A stretch of DNA of 25,963 bases from the UHGV virus genome UHGV-1408657. One strand, given 5' to 3'. Positions within the stretch are counted from its first letter, which is position 1. Each line of letters starts with the position of its first letter. Of the stretch, positions 8,363-16,779 are shown in pieces. A model generated the notes under the pieces. The model did no database searches and was not told where the DNA came from. It saw nothing but the letters and a program-made list of their open reading frames with translations. Made by a program: the position numbers and the translations under genes. Origin of the DNA: a virus.

Positions 8363-9499
8363 ATGTCCAATACCCTTACTGGCCTCATCCCAACCATCTT
8401 CACCGCGCTTAATCGCGTATCCCGCGAGCAGGTGGGCTTTATCCCCGCGGTGGCCCGTAACGCTAAGGCCGATGCCGCAGCAAAAGACCAGACCGTGACC
8501 GCGCCCGTTGCACCGAAAACCACCACCGTTGATATCACCCCGGCGGCAACCGCGCCAAACGACGGCGATCAGAACATCGGTACCGTGGACGTCAAGATCA
8601 CCAAATCCAAAATGGCCCCAGTCAAATGGAATGGTGAAGAGCAGCTTGCTATCGGGCCATCAGGTACCTATGACATTGTCCTGGCTGACCAGTTCTCTCA
8701 GGCCTTCCGCGCGCTGAGCAACGAAATGGATGCTGACCTGGCAGCGCTGGCCTACAAATCTTCCCGCGCCGTCGGAACGCCTAAAGACACCCCGTTTAGC
8801 ATCAAAGACGATCTGTCTGATGCAGCGAACGCTCGCCAAATTCTGACCGATAACGGCGCCCCTACCACTGACCTTCGCATGGTGCTGGGCGGCGAAGCGA
8901 TGGCGTCCATCCGTGGTAAGCAGTCCGTACTGTTCAAAGCAAACGAAGCCGGTACCGATCAGTTGCTGCGCGAAGGCATCATCGGCCGTGTGATGGGTTT
9001 TAACCTGCATGAATCCGCCAACATCAAGCGTACCGCGAAAAGCACTGCGGCGGGCTATAAGGTAAACGGCGCGAAGAAAGAGGGCGACATCATTATTGCT
9101 ATCTCTGCTGGCACTGGCGGTATTGCTGCCGGGACCGCAGTGAAGTTCGATGGCGATGACAACCAGTACATGGTCGTAGCGGCAACCTCTTCGACTATCA
9201 CCATCGGCGCACCGGGCCTGCGTCAGGATCTGGCAGATCAGGCAACTGTCACTGTGCTGAGCGAGTTCGTGCCAAACGTTGCCTTTGACCGTAACGCATT
9301 CCTGCTGGCTTGCCGTACCCCGGCCATGCCAAAAGGCGGCGATACCGCTGACGACGTGATGAACGTAACCGATCCGGTCTCTGGTATTACCTTCCAGATC
9401 GCGCTGTACCGCCAGTACCGTCAGGTGCGTTACGAGGTTGGTGTGGCGTGGGGTGTGGCCTCCGTTCAGCCTGAACACTCTACCATCATCATGGGTTAA
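8363..9499 (+). CDS. major capsid protein
   Basis: 378 aa between scaffold and head-tail joining genes; strong RBS AGGAAA; followed by a strong hairpin, typical of highly expressed coat genes. Family assignment (possibly P22-coat-like fold family) is from memory only. Confidence 0.8.
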   Translation: MSNTLTGLIPTIFTALNRVSREQVGFIPAVARNAKADAAAKDQTVTAPVAPKTTTVDITPAATAPNDGDQNIGTVDVKITKSKMAPVKWNGEEQLAIGPSGTYDIVLADQFSQAFRALSNEMDADLAALAYKSSRAVGTPKDTPFSIKDDLSDAANARQILTDNGAPTTDLRMVLGGEAMASIRGKQSVLFKANEAGTDQLLREGIIGRVMGFNLHESANIKRTAKSTAAGYKVNGAKKEGDIIIAISAGTGGIAAGTAVKFDGDDNQYMVVAATSSTITIGAPGLRQDLADQATVTVLSEFVPNVAFDRNAFLLACRTPAMPKGGDTADDVMNVTDPVSGITFQIALYRQYRQVRYEVGVAWGVASVQPEHSTIIMG

Positions 9500-9502
9500 C
9501 CC

Positions 9503-9527
9503 AGGGGGCTTCGGCCCCTTTGTTTTT
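9503..9527 (+). terminator. hairpin plus T-run after capsid gene (likely partial terminator)
   Basis: AGGGGGC-TTCG-GCCCCTT followed by TGTTTTT; sits between capsid stop and the RBS AGGAGG of the next gene. Confidence 0.5.
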
Positions 9528-9538
9528 CAGGAGGCCCA

Positions 9539-9820
9539 ATGGCCGGATTGACCAAAGAGCAGCGCGCGCAGCGTGAGGCTGAAAAGCTTGCGGCGAAGAA
9601 CGGCGCTGAACATGCTCCTGCCCAGCAGGAACAGCAGCAGGAACAGCAGCAGGAACAGCAGCAGGAACAGCAGCAGGAACAGCAGCAGGAACAGCAGGGT
9701 ATTGAGCTGGTGTTCATGGTACGTGACACCCCAGAATTCCCTGGCGGCCCGCTGCGCGCAGATGTTCATTCTGATGAAGTGGATAACTGGCTGGCGCTGG
9801 ACTGGCGTCTGGAGGAATAA
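9539..9820 (+). CDS. small acidic protein with (EQQQ)n tandem repeat, unknown function
   Basis: 93 aa; excellent RBS CAGGAGGCCCAATG; contains about 6 in-frame copies of a 12-nt unit encoding EQQQ; conserved-looking C-terminal part (GIELVFMVRDTPEFPGGPLRADVHSDEVDNWLALDWRLEE). Confidence 0.5.
   Translation: MAGLTKEQRAQREAEKLAAKNGAEHAPAQQEQQQEQQQEQQQEQQQEQQQEQQGIELVFMVRDTPEFPGGPLRADVHSDEVDNWLALDWRLEE
9623..9697 (+). repeat. perfect tandem repeat, 12-nt unit GAACAGCAGCAG, about 6 copies
   Basis: Directly visible: cagcag(gaacagcagcag)x5 gaacagcag; in frame within ORF 9539-9820. Confidence 0.9.
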
Positions 9821-9822
9821 AC

Positions 9823-10305
9823 ATGCTGGTTGCCGATCCCAACTCTCCAGGCTTCAACAGCTACGCAAGCGTGTCAGACCTGCGGGCATTTGCCGCCGGG
9901 CGCGGATATAGCATTCCTGCAGATGATGATGAGTGCGGCCAGATGCTGATGCAGGCAATGGACTTTCTGGAAGGGAAGGCCTGGCGCGGTCAGCGTTCCA
10001 GCGCATCACAGCCTCTATCCTGGCCGCGTTCCGGCGTGCGCTTCGATGGTGTTGAGCTGCCGAATGATACTATTCCACAACGTCTGATTGATGCTCAATG
10101 TCGCCTGGCTATCGAATCGCAGGAGATTGACCTCACCCCGTCGGTCGCTGGCGGTGGGGCGGTGACGATGGAGCGCGTTGAGGGTGCGGTAACAATCCAG
10201 TATGAGCCGGGAACGAATAAAGCTTCTCCGTCATTCCCATGGTTCTATTCCGCACTGCGCGGGCTTGTAGTGGGCGGCAACCAGGTCCGGGTCGAAAGGG
10301 GGTAG
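9823..10305 (+). CDS. putative head-tail adaptor / connector protein
   Basis: 160 aa; first of four consecutive small genes between capsid and major tail genes, the standard siphovirus adaptor, head-closure, neck, tail-completion block. Called by position. Confidence 0.5.
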   Translation: MLVADPNSPGFNSYASVSDLRAFAAGRGYSIPADDDECGQMLMQAMDFLEGKAWRGQRSSASQPLSWPRSGVRFDGVELPNDTIPQRLIDAQCRLAIESQEIDLTPSVAGGGAVTMERVEGAVTIQYEPGTNKASPSFPWFYSALRGLVVGGNQVRVERG

Positions 10306-10306
10306 C

Positions 10307-10660
10307 ATGGCAATCGACTATCGCCGCATGCGTGCTACGGCAACGCGGCTGCTGACGGAGAACGGCAAAGCCTACCAACTGACTCGCGGAGGTACTACCA
10401 CCCGCGATCAGTACGGGAAAGAAGTTGTTACCCCTGCTGTTACTGCCACTGTAACAGGCGTGATCACAGAGTATTCTGCTCGCGAAATCGACGGTTCTCT
10501 GATTGCTACTGGCGATAAGAAACTGGCAGCCACGTTTGAAACCGAAGTGCGCATTGGCGACCTTATCGATATCGAGGGAAAGAAGTGGCGCGTGGTACAG
10601 CCGAATCCGGTTAAGCCGGCAGACGTGCTGATCTCCTACAACATCCAGCTTAGGGCTTGA
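10307..10660 (+). CDS. putative head closure protein
   Basis: 117 aa; second gene of the head-tail joining block; ATG 2 nt after upstream stop. Confidence 0.45.
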   Translation: MAIDYRRMRATATRLLTENGKAYQLTRGGTTTRDQYGKEVVTPAVTATVTGVITEYSAREIDGSLIATGDKKLAATFETEVRIGDLIDIEGKKWRVVQPNPVKPADVLISYNIQLRA

Positions 10661-10662
10661 TT

Positions 10663-11262
10663 ATGACCAGTTCTGCAAATCAGCCGTTCCTGGCAGCCAT
10701 TCAGTTGTTCGTAGATGGTTCTAAGCAGGAGATTGAGGAGGCGGTCCGCCGGACGGGTATCAAAATCCTCGGGCGGTTGGTGGACATGTCACCTGTCGGG
10801 CAGCCAGAAATCTGGCAGGTTAACCAGACGGCATCAGCCTATAACACCGCGGTGCGAGAGCATAACGCGGCGCTACGTGATGATCCGGCCAACCTTACAA
10901 AAGCAGGGCGGCTCAGGCGAGGCCTGCGTGTCAACGATTCGATGGACATCAAAAAGCCAGAGGGTTATGTCGGGGGGCGATTCAAAAATAACTGGTATGT
11001 GGGGCTCGACAGCCAGCCCACAGAGACGAACGATATCCCAGATGCTTCCGGGCAGGGTTCCAACTCCCGCGGGTTGGCGGTGCTCGAAGTGTTCCGGGTG
11101 GGGCAGGTGAACTCGATTTACTTTACCAATAACCTGCCATATGCCCAGGCGCTGGAGAATGGTCATTCGAATCAGGCGCCCGGCGGCATGGTCGGGCTGA
11201 CCGCACTGGATGCTGCGCAATATTTCCGAGAGGCAATGAGCGAGGTATGCAATGGTCGGTGA
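10663..11262 (+). CDS. putative neck / HK97 gp10-like head-tail joining protein
   Basis: ORF-track start 10657 is TTG overlapping the upstream stop; ATG at 10663 preferred. Third gene of the joining block. Confidence 0.45.
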   Translation: MTSSANQPFLAAIQLFVDGSKQEIEEAVRRTGIKILGRLVDMSPVGQPEIWQVNQTASAYNTAVREHNAALRDDPANLTKAGRLRRGLRVNDSMDIKKPEGYVGGRFKNNWYVGLDSQPTETNDIPDASGQGSNSRGLAVLEVFRVGQVNSIYFTNNLPYAQALENGHSNQAPGGMVGLTALDAAQYFREAMSEVCNGR

Positions 11263-11698
11263 TCAGTCCATGCGAATAGCTGACCTGCTGGAGAGCCGGG
11301 TAGCCATAATCTCGGCCTCTCTCGGCTTGCCGATCGCCTGGCCGAATATCGTATTCGATCCACCGGATGCGCCATTCGCCCGTGTTTATGTTTTACCTGC
11401 ACAAACTGTAGGTCAGGACATCGAAGGTTTGATGCGTACCTATCAGGGGATATTGCAGGTAAACATCATTACTCCCGCAGGCTCAGGCGTGAGCCATGCG
11501 AGAGGGCTGGCCCAGTCGGTGGCAGATGCATTCCCTGAAGGACTGCCGCTGGTGGACGGTGAACTGACGGTTTACATCAACGGGCCGCCGCAGGTGAGAC
11601 AACCCATCCAGGACCGGCCAACCTCGGCGCCCAACGGGTCCAGTGGCTCCATAACCTACACCATTCCCGTCAGCATGCAGTACCGCGCTGACTACTGA
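11252..11698 (+). CDS. putative tail completion / tail terminator protein
   Basis: 148 aa; last gene before the major tail protein; overlaps the upstream gene by 11 nt; followed by a strong terminator hairpin. Confidence 0.45.
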   Translation: MVGDQSMRIADLLESRVAIISASLGLPIAWPNIVFDPPDAPFARVYVLPAQTVGQDIEGLMRTYQGILQVNIITPAGSGVSHARGLAQSVADAFPEGLPLVDGELTVYINGPPQVRQPIQDRPTSAPNGSSGSITYTIPVSMQYRADY

Positions 11699-11720
11699 CC
11701 CGCCAGATGGCGGGTTTTTT
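11699..11720 (+). terminator. intrinsic terminator
   Basis: CCCGCC-AGAT-GGCGGG followed by TTTTTT immediately after stop TGA 11696-11698. Confidence 0.6.
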
Positions 11721-11744
11721 ATTACCTAAATTCAGGAGAGTGCT

Positions 11745-12677
11745 ATGGCATTCGCAATCCCTAACGGGTCGCGTGTTAACGTGGCCAAGGCGTATCTTGC
11801 GCCGATTGTCTTCACTGCGGCATCCAATGCGACGGAATGCGAACTGACCGTTGCCTCTGCGGCTGGCATCCTCGCGGGCGATGTTGTTCAGGTTAATTCA
11901 GGATGGCTGAAGCTTGACAACATGGTGGTGCGTGTCAAGTCAGTAACCGGTACGAAAATCGTGCTGGAAGCATTTGATACCACCGATACCAAGAAATTCC
12001 CGGCGGGTACTGGGGCAGGTACGCTGCGTAAAATTGATTCGTGGATCACCATGCCTCAGGTGATGACGCTGTCCACCGAAGGCGGTGACCAGCAGACCAT
12101 CAGTGTGCAGTTCCTGGAGGATGATAAGGCCCGTACCATCCCGACGTTCAAAAACGCCGTGGTTCAGGTCTACACCTTCGCACACGACCCGAATCTGGCG
12201 ATTTACAAGCGCCTCATCGACCTGGACGACTCCAGCGACACCACGGCGGTCTGGTTCCACAACCCACGCGGCAAAGCGGATCGTTACTACTCTGCCAAAG
12301 TGTCGTTCCAGCGCGTGCCACGTACCGAAATCAACGCCGTCGAGAGTAACGAAGCGCGAATGAACTTCGAATCGGATATGCAGATTTACCCGATTGCCGA
12401 TTCCTCCGCTACGCCGCTGGCGTTCCTGACCGACCTGCCAGCAACTAAGTCTGTTGCTGCTAATGCAGCTCTGGATCTGTCGGTGGTCATGCAGGGCGGT
12501 TCCGCGCCGTATACCTACGTATGGAAGAAAGACGGCACAGCCATTCCGGGCAAAACCGCATCCACGCTCAACATTCCGTCCGCTCAGTCTTCCGATGCTG
12601 GGGTGTATACCTGCGAAGTTACCGATGCCGCAGGCAAGACGCTCACTTCTGCCGGATGCACCGTCAGCATTACTTGA
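11745..12677 (+). CDS. major tail (tube) protein with C-terminal Ig-like domain
   Basis: 310 aa; RBS CAGGAGAG; C-terminal about 90 aa has Ig-fold hallmarks (YTYVWKKDGTAIPG...DAGVYTCEVTDAAGKT); position upstream of the G/G-T chaperone genes. Confidence 0.8.
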   Translation: MAFAIPNGSRVNVAKAYLAPIVFTAASNATECELTVASAAGILAGDVVQVNSGWLKLDNMVVRVKSVTGTKIVLEAFDTTDTKKFPAGTGAGTLRKIDSWITMPQVMTLSTEGGDQQTISVQFLEDDKARTIPTFKNAVVQVYTFAHDPNLAIYKRLIDLDDSSDTTAVWFHNPRGKADRYYSAKVSFQRVPRTEINAVESNEARMNFESDMQIYPIADSSATPLAFLTDLPATKSVAANAALDLSVVMQGGSAPYTYVWKKDGTAIPGKTASTLNIPSAQSSDAGVYTCEVTDAAGKTLTSAGCTVSIT

Positions 12678-12684
12678 TTAATCT

Positions 12685-12702
12685 GGCCCGGTAAGCCGGG
12701 CC
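12685..12702 (+). other. perfect 7-bp stem hairpin after the major tail gene (no T-run)
   Basis: GGCCCGG-TAAG-CCGGGCC; may act as an RNA stability element or weak attenuator. Confidence 0.4.
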
Positions 12703-12718
12703 TTACCGAGATGAACAA

Positions 12719-13057
12719 ATGACCAAATTCTCCCTGCTCCCCAATCCGACATTTTCCGTTACTGCCAGCATCCCGCGCGCTGGGGCCGAAGATGGCAAGC
12801 TGACCTTCACTTTCCGCCATAAAACGCTGGACGAGCTGCGCTCCATGGACGAGAAGCTGCAAAAGGCTGCTGAAGGTAAAAAGGCTGCTATTGAGCCGCA
12901 GGCCAATTACCTCATGGAAATTGTCGAAGGCTGGGCGCTGCCGGATGAGTTCAACCGCGATAACGTGATCATCCTCCTGAAGAACTATCCGCGCGCTTTC
13001 GACAGCATCGGTCTGGCCTACACCAAAGAACTGATGGGTATCCGCGAAAAAAACTGA
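12719..13057 (+). CDS. tail assembly chaperone (lambda gpG analogue)
   Basis: 112 aa acidic protein directly upstream of the tape measure gene, ending in a slippery A-run; typical G position. Confidence 0.8.
   Translation: MTKFSLLPNPTFSVTASIPRAGAEDGKLTFTFRHKTLDELRSMDEKLQKAAEGKKAAIEPQANYLMEIVEGWALPDEFNRDNVIILLKNYPRAFDSIGLAYTKELMGIREKN
13048..13054 (+). other. programmed -1 ribosomal frameshift site, slippery heptamer A_AAA_AAC
   Basis: Zero-frame codons GAA AAA AAC TGA end gpG; the -1 frame is open from here to 13362 and joins the ORF-track ORF 13075-13362 (whose listed start is TTG). Confidence 0.7.
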
Positions 13058-13362
13058 GGCAGGTCGCCGCAGCGTTGTACACGCCGGGACCGACTCTCGC
13101 GGAACTGAGCGCTTTTGGTTTGACGCCTGAGGACGTGGAGGAAGAGGTGGGGATCCTGCCGTCGGTATGGAAAGCCTTCACTATCTTCTCCACGCTGGCG
13201 ACTCAATGGCGCGTTGGCGCGGGTGGGGCGACCGGCCTTGATTACAACGTTCTCCCTTGGGTGTTTGAGTTACACGGGGTTGAGGATGCGGCGGCCTGCA
13301 TGGCTGACCTTCAGATTATGGAAAGCGAGGCTCTCAAAGTAATGCACAAGGAGACGAAATAA
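13054..13362 (+). CDS. gpT-like extension, expressed only as G-T fusion via -1 frameshift
   Basis: The -1 frame continues ...EKKLRQVAAALYTPGPTLAELSAFGLTPEDVEEE... to a stop just before the tape measure ATG; no independent RBS or ATG. Confidence 0.7.
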   Translation: MRQVAAALYTPGPTLAELSAFGLTPEDVEEEVGILPSVWKAFTIFSTLATQWRVGAGGATGLDYNVLPWVFELHGVEDAAACMADLQIMESEALKVMHKETK

Positions 13363-16300
13363 TGACAGACCAAATCGCCTCGATCACATTGCGTGCTGAC
13401 GTATCCGATCTGAAAACAGCCAGCAATGAACTGGATAAACTCGGTGAAGCCGCGGCGGGTGCCGTCGGCAAAGCTGATGACCTCAACAGCGTATTCCGTG
13501 CTGGTGCTGAGTCTGCGAAGCAGGGCAGCGAAGGTATCAAAGAGCAGCAGATGGCGCTGAAAGGCCTGCTGGAGAATATCGACCCGGTAAACAAGGCGCT
13601 TAACCGGCTGGATGAACAGCAGGCCGCCCTGCGTAACTTCCAGACCAAAGGCTTCCTGGATACCGATGATTTTCAGCACTACAACAAAATCCTCGACGAT
13701 ACGCGGCTAAAGCTGACGGATACCGGCGAAGCTGCTGCCAGGGCACAAGCCGAACTGGCAGCGACTCAGGCCGCTGAGAAGCAGTCCGCTGCGCTGAAGA
13801 ACCTGCTGGGCTCTATCGACCCGACGATCCGCGCATTCAACTCACTGGATGAGCAGCACGCGCAGCTGGTGGCGCATTTCGAAGCTGGGCGCATCAACGG
13901 CGCGCAGTTCGAGCACTTCAATACAATCCTCAACCAGACGCGGGAGCGTCTGTCTGGCGTGGCTGACGTGCTGCCAGAGGCACTATCCCGACAGGAAGCA
14001 GCGGCGCGTCGTGCCGGTATATCGGTCGGCCAGTACAGCGCCGCGATGCGCACGCTACCAGCACAGTTCACAGATATCGCCACACAGCTGGCTGGCGGTC
14101 AGTCGCCGTTCCTGATCCTGCTGCAACAGGGTGGGCAGATTAAAGACCAATTTGGTGGGGTTAAAGGGGCTCTATCGGGGGTGGGCGACTATTTACGCAC
14201 TCTGTTAGGTTTCATTAATCCTATAACGATAGGTATTAGCGGCCTGGTTGTAGGCCTCGGGGCGATGGCTGTAGCTTGGTACAAAGGCAGCCAGGAAGCC
14301 AGTGAGTTTAATAAGCAGCTCATACTCACGGGTAATTATTCGGCCAGTTCGGCGAGTCAACTGTCAGACATGGCTCAAAAAATTGGAGGCTCCAGTGGTA
14401 AGGTTGCGGCTGCCGCTCGGACGCTCGCGGATGTGGTTGGGGTAGGGACGTTTAAAACGGAGCAGCTCGAAACAGTTACCAGGGCGGCGCTGGCGATGCA
14501 GGAGGCCACTGGCCAGTCTGTTGACGCCACCATTAAGAACTTCCAAAAGCTGTATGCCAGCCCAACCAAGGCGGCGGAGGATCTTAATTCTACGCTCCAT
14601 TTTCTTACCTCATCGCAATACGACTACATTTCGGCACTGGAGCGTCGGGGTGATAAAGAGGGAGCAGCAGAGGAGGCTGCAAAAGCTTATAGCCTAGCCG
14701 AGCAAAAGCGCAGCCAGCAAATCCTCGACAACATGGGATTAATTGAGAGAGCTGCTGGTAGCGTCAGCAAGGCCCTTAAGGGGATGTGGGATGAACTTCT
14801 GAATATTGGTCGCCCTGAAGCTCCGAACGACATGCTCCGCAAGATGCAGTCCGAACTTGCTGAGCGTGAGAAAGCCTTGCTTCCAGATAGACAGCGTCAG
14901 GGATATGGATATAGCTATGATGCGAGCAGTAACGATCAGGAATATGACGCACGTAGGAAAGCTCAGTTATCAGCGATAAGTGCTTTAAAGGCACAAATAG
15001 CGCCACTTCAGCAAGCTGCTCAGCTTCAGGAAGATATTAATGCTTCTATTCAGCAAGGAACCGAGGATGATAACAAGCGAACTAATGCCCTGATTTATCG
15101 AAACCGCATCCTTGAACAGTCAGCTACATGGCAGGAAAAACGCAGCAAGGCCCTGTCTGAACTTTGGAAAAATGTCGCGGCCTCGCCCGGCGACTGGAGC
15201 TCAGCACAGCGGCAGCAGGCTGTAGATGCCATTAATAAACAGTTTCATCCGGACAAAACTCCCAAAACTCCAGCCGTTAAGGTTTCAACAGGTGATCGCT
15301 CAACCGACACCTACAATGCTGAGACTCTAGCTCTGCAAGCGCAGCTCAAAACGCTGCAGGATCATCGTGACATCAACGATGTAATCAGCCAGCAGCGTAA
15401 GCAGCAGTGGGAGTTAATCTCAAAAATCACCATCCTCGAGTCCACAGCTAACGATCCGAAAGGGCGTGCATTAACTTTCGATGAAAAATCGTTGCTGGCG
15501 AACAAAGAGAAGCTGCTGGCCCAGGCAGATATTAATGCCGGACTGGGTGATCAAATTGCCAAGCAGCAAAAATTGAACTCATTGGCTGACCAGGCAACTA
15601 AGTTCGCCCAGCAACAGTCTGCCAAGCAGGCGGAAATTGCGGCAGCAGCTAGAGGCTTGTCCACCAGAGAGGCTGAAAGGGAGGCGACGCGCCAGCGCCT
15701 GACTGAATCCTACGGCTTTAACCAAGACGCTCAGAAAAAGGTTCTCGCAGATCAAGAGGAGACCTACCGGAAAGAAGATGAACTTCGCAGCGACTGGCAG
15801 GCTGGCGCAAAGCGGGGCTGGGCCGATTATGCCGACTCAGCAACAAACACGTTTGAAGCAATGCGAAATGTGGCCGGTTCAACCTTCAGTGGTCTATCCG
15901 ACATGTTGACAGATCTGGTTACTACCGGCACTGCAAGCTTCAAAGACTTCACCAAGTCCATGTTGAAGATGATCGCGCAGGTAACGAATCAGTTGCTTGT
16001 GGCTTACGCCGTTCAGGCTGCGATGGGGTGGATTAGCGGTAGTGCTGGTGGCAACACGCCAGGCGGAGCATATGCCAGCGCTGCAAACTCTGGAGTTAGC
16101 CTGTTTGATTCCGGTGGTTACACAGGTGCGGGCGGTAAATATGAACCCGCAGGCATCGTGCATAAAGATGAGTTCGTTTTCACCAAAGAAGCCACTAGGC
16201 GGATCGGCGTAGATAACCTATATCGTCTAATGAACAACGGTAATTTAGGCCGTTACGCTTCTGGTGGGCTTGTTGGGGGAAATCAGGCTGGGGCGGCAGA

Positions 16301-16493
16301 CTCTGGTGTGCCAATTATCAGCGTCAGTTTTGGTGACATAAACATTGGTTCAGGTGGACAGGCCAATACAGGTGGCTCAGCAAATGCTGCAGCTATTGGC
16401 AGGCAACTCAACGATGCGATGATTGACACCATTAATACTCAAGTAAGAAAACCAGGCACTCCGCTGTGGAATGCCGTTAGAGGGAAATACTAA
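13362..16493 (+). CDS. tail tape measure protein
   Basis: 1043 aa, Ala/Gln/Glu-rich coiled-coil N-terminal half, hydrophobic central segment (FLILLQQGG...GLVVGLGAMAVAW), Gly-rich C-terminus; follows G/G-T. Confidence 0.9.
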   Translation: MTDQIASITLRADVSDLKTASNELDKLGEAAAGAVGKADDLNSVFRAGAESAKQGSEGIKEQQMALKGLLENIDPVNKALNRLDEQQAALRNFQTKGFLDTDDFQHYNKILDDTRLKLTDTGEAAARAQAELAATQAAEKQSAALKNLLGSIDPTIRAFNSLDEQHAQLVAHFEAGRINGAQFEHFNTILNQTRERLSGVADVLPEALSRQEAAARRAGISVGQYSAAMRTLPAQFTDIATQLAGGQSPFLILLQQGGQIKDQFGGVKGALSGVGDYLRTLLGFINPITIGISGLVVGLGAMAVAWYKGSQEASEFNKQLILTGNYSASSASQLSDMAQKIGGSSGKVAAAARTLADVVGVGTFKTEQLETVTRAALAMQEATGQSVDATIKNFQKLYASPTKAAEDLNSTLHFLTSSQYDYISALERRGDKEGAAEEAAKAYSLAEQKRSQQILDNMGLIERAAGSVSKALKGMWDELLNIGRPEAPNDMLRKMQSELAEREKALLPDRQRQGYGYSYDASSNDQEYDARRKAQLSAISALKAQIAPLQQAAQLQEDINASIQQGTEDDNKRTNALIYRNRILEQSATWQEKRSKALSELWKNVAASPGDWSSAQRQQAVDAINKQFHPDKTPKTPAVKVSTGDRSTDTYNAETLALQAQLKTLQDHRDINDVISQQRKQQWELISKITILESTANDPKGRALTFDEKSLLANKEKLLAQADINAGLGDQIAKQQKLNSLADQATKFAQQQSAKQAEIAAAARGLSTREAEREATRQRLTESYGFNQDAQKKVLADQEETYRKEDELRSDWQAGAKRGWADYADSATNTFEAMRNVAGSTFSGLSDMLTDLVTTGTASFKDFTKSMLKMIAQVTNQLLVAYAVQAAMGWISGSAGGNTPGGAYASAANSGVSLFDSGGYTGAGGKYEPAGIVHKDEFVFTKEATRRIGVDNLYRLMNNGNLGRYASGGLVGGNQAGAADSGVPIISVSFGDINIGSGGQANTGGSANAAAIGRQLNDAMIDTINTQVRKPGTPLWNAVRGKY

Positions 16494-16717
16494 TGAAAAT
16501 TGCAGAAGTAAAGGTCTCTGATGTTGTTTGGTATGCCAACGAAAATGGAAAGGCGATCAGTGCCTTCGTGACTTTCTATGGCCCAGACGATTGCACTCGC
16601 ATTGCAAGTGTCCCTGTTAACTTGCCATATCAGCTAGACCTGACCCTTAAGCAAGTTGAAGAGCTTGCCATTGCCACTGCTAAGGGTACGCTAAAAGCGG
16701 TCGCTACTAGTTTCTGA
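16493..16717 (+). CDS. hypothetical protein (74 aa), translationally coupled to tape measure stop
   Basis: ATG overlaps the TMP stop (TAATG); no motif recognised; sits where lambda has gpM directly after H, so it is extra relative to the canonical tail order. Confidence 0.5.
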   Translation: MKIAEVKVSDVVWYANENGKAISAFVTFYGPDDCTRIASVPVNLPYQLDLTLKQVEELAIATAKGTLKAVATSF

Positions 16718-16779
16718 TCGTTACATCCCTATCTCCCCTGGTTATCATGAGAAAAAACATGATAATCATGGGGATGATA

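Noticed and set aside
8660-9478. 272-aa minus-strand ORF antisense to the major capsid gene
   Set aside because: Entirely within the capsid gene on the opposite strand; capsid gene has a strong RBS, expected size and position.
9623-9697. Possible CRISPR-like array because of short perfect direct repeats
   Set aside because: The 12-nt units are contiguous with no spacers, are in frame within a protein-coding ORF (encoding EQQQ repeats), and have no leader or cas genes; this is a coding tandem repeat, not CRISPR.
9496-9769. Minus-strand ORFs 9496-9729 and 9527-9769 (CCSCCC.. and LLFLLL.. repeat translations)
   Set aside because: Both are reverse-frame readings of the same codon repeat, overlap a + strand gene with a strong RBS, and give low-complexity translations; shadow ORFs.
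13075-13362. ORF-track ORF as an independent 95-aa gene
   Set aside because: Its listed start is TTG with no RBS; the frame is continuous with the -1 frame at the gpG slippery site, so it is the T part of a G-T frameshift fusion.
16747-16779. Upstream in-frame ATGs (16747, 16759, 16768, 16774) as lipoprotein start
   Set aside because: They would add MRKNMIIMGMI before a signal peptide that is already complete from ATG 16780 (MRKMFCLSLACIALTAC) with a GGGGA Shine-Dalgarno; the longer start is not excluded but is less likely.
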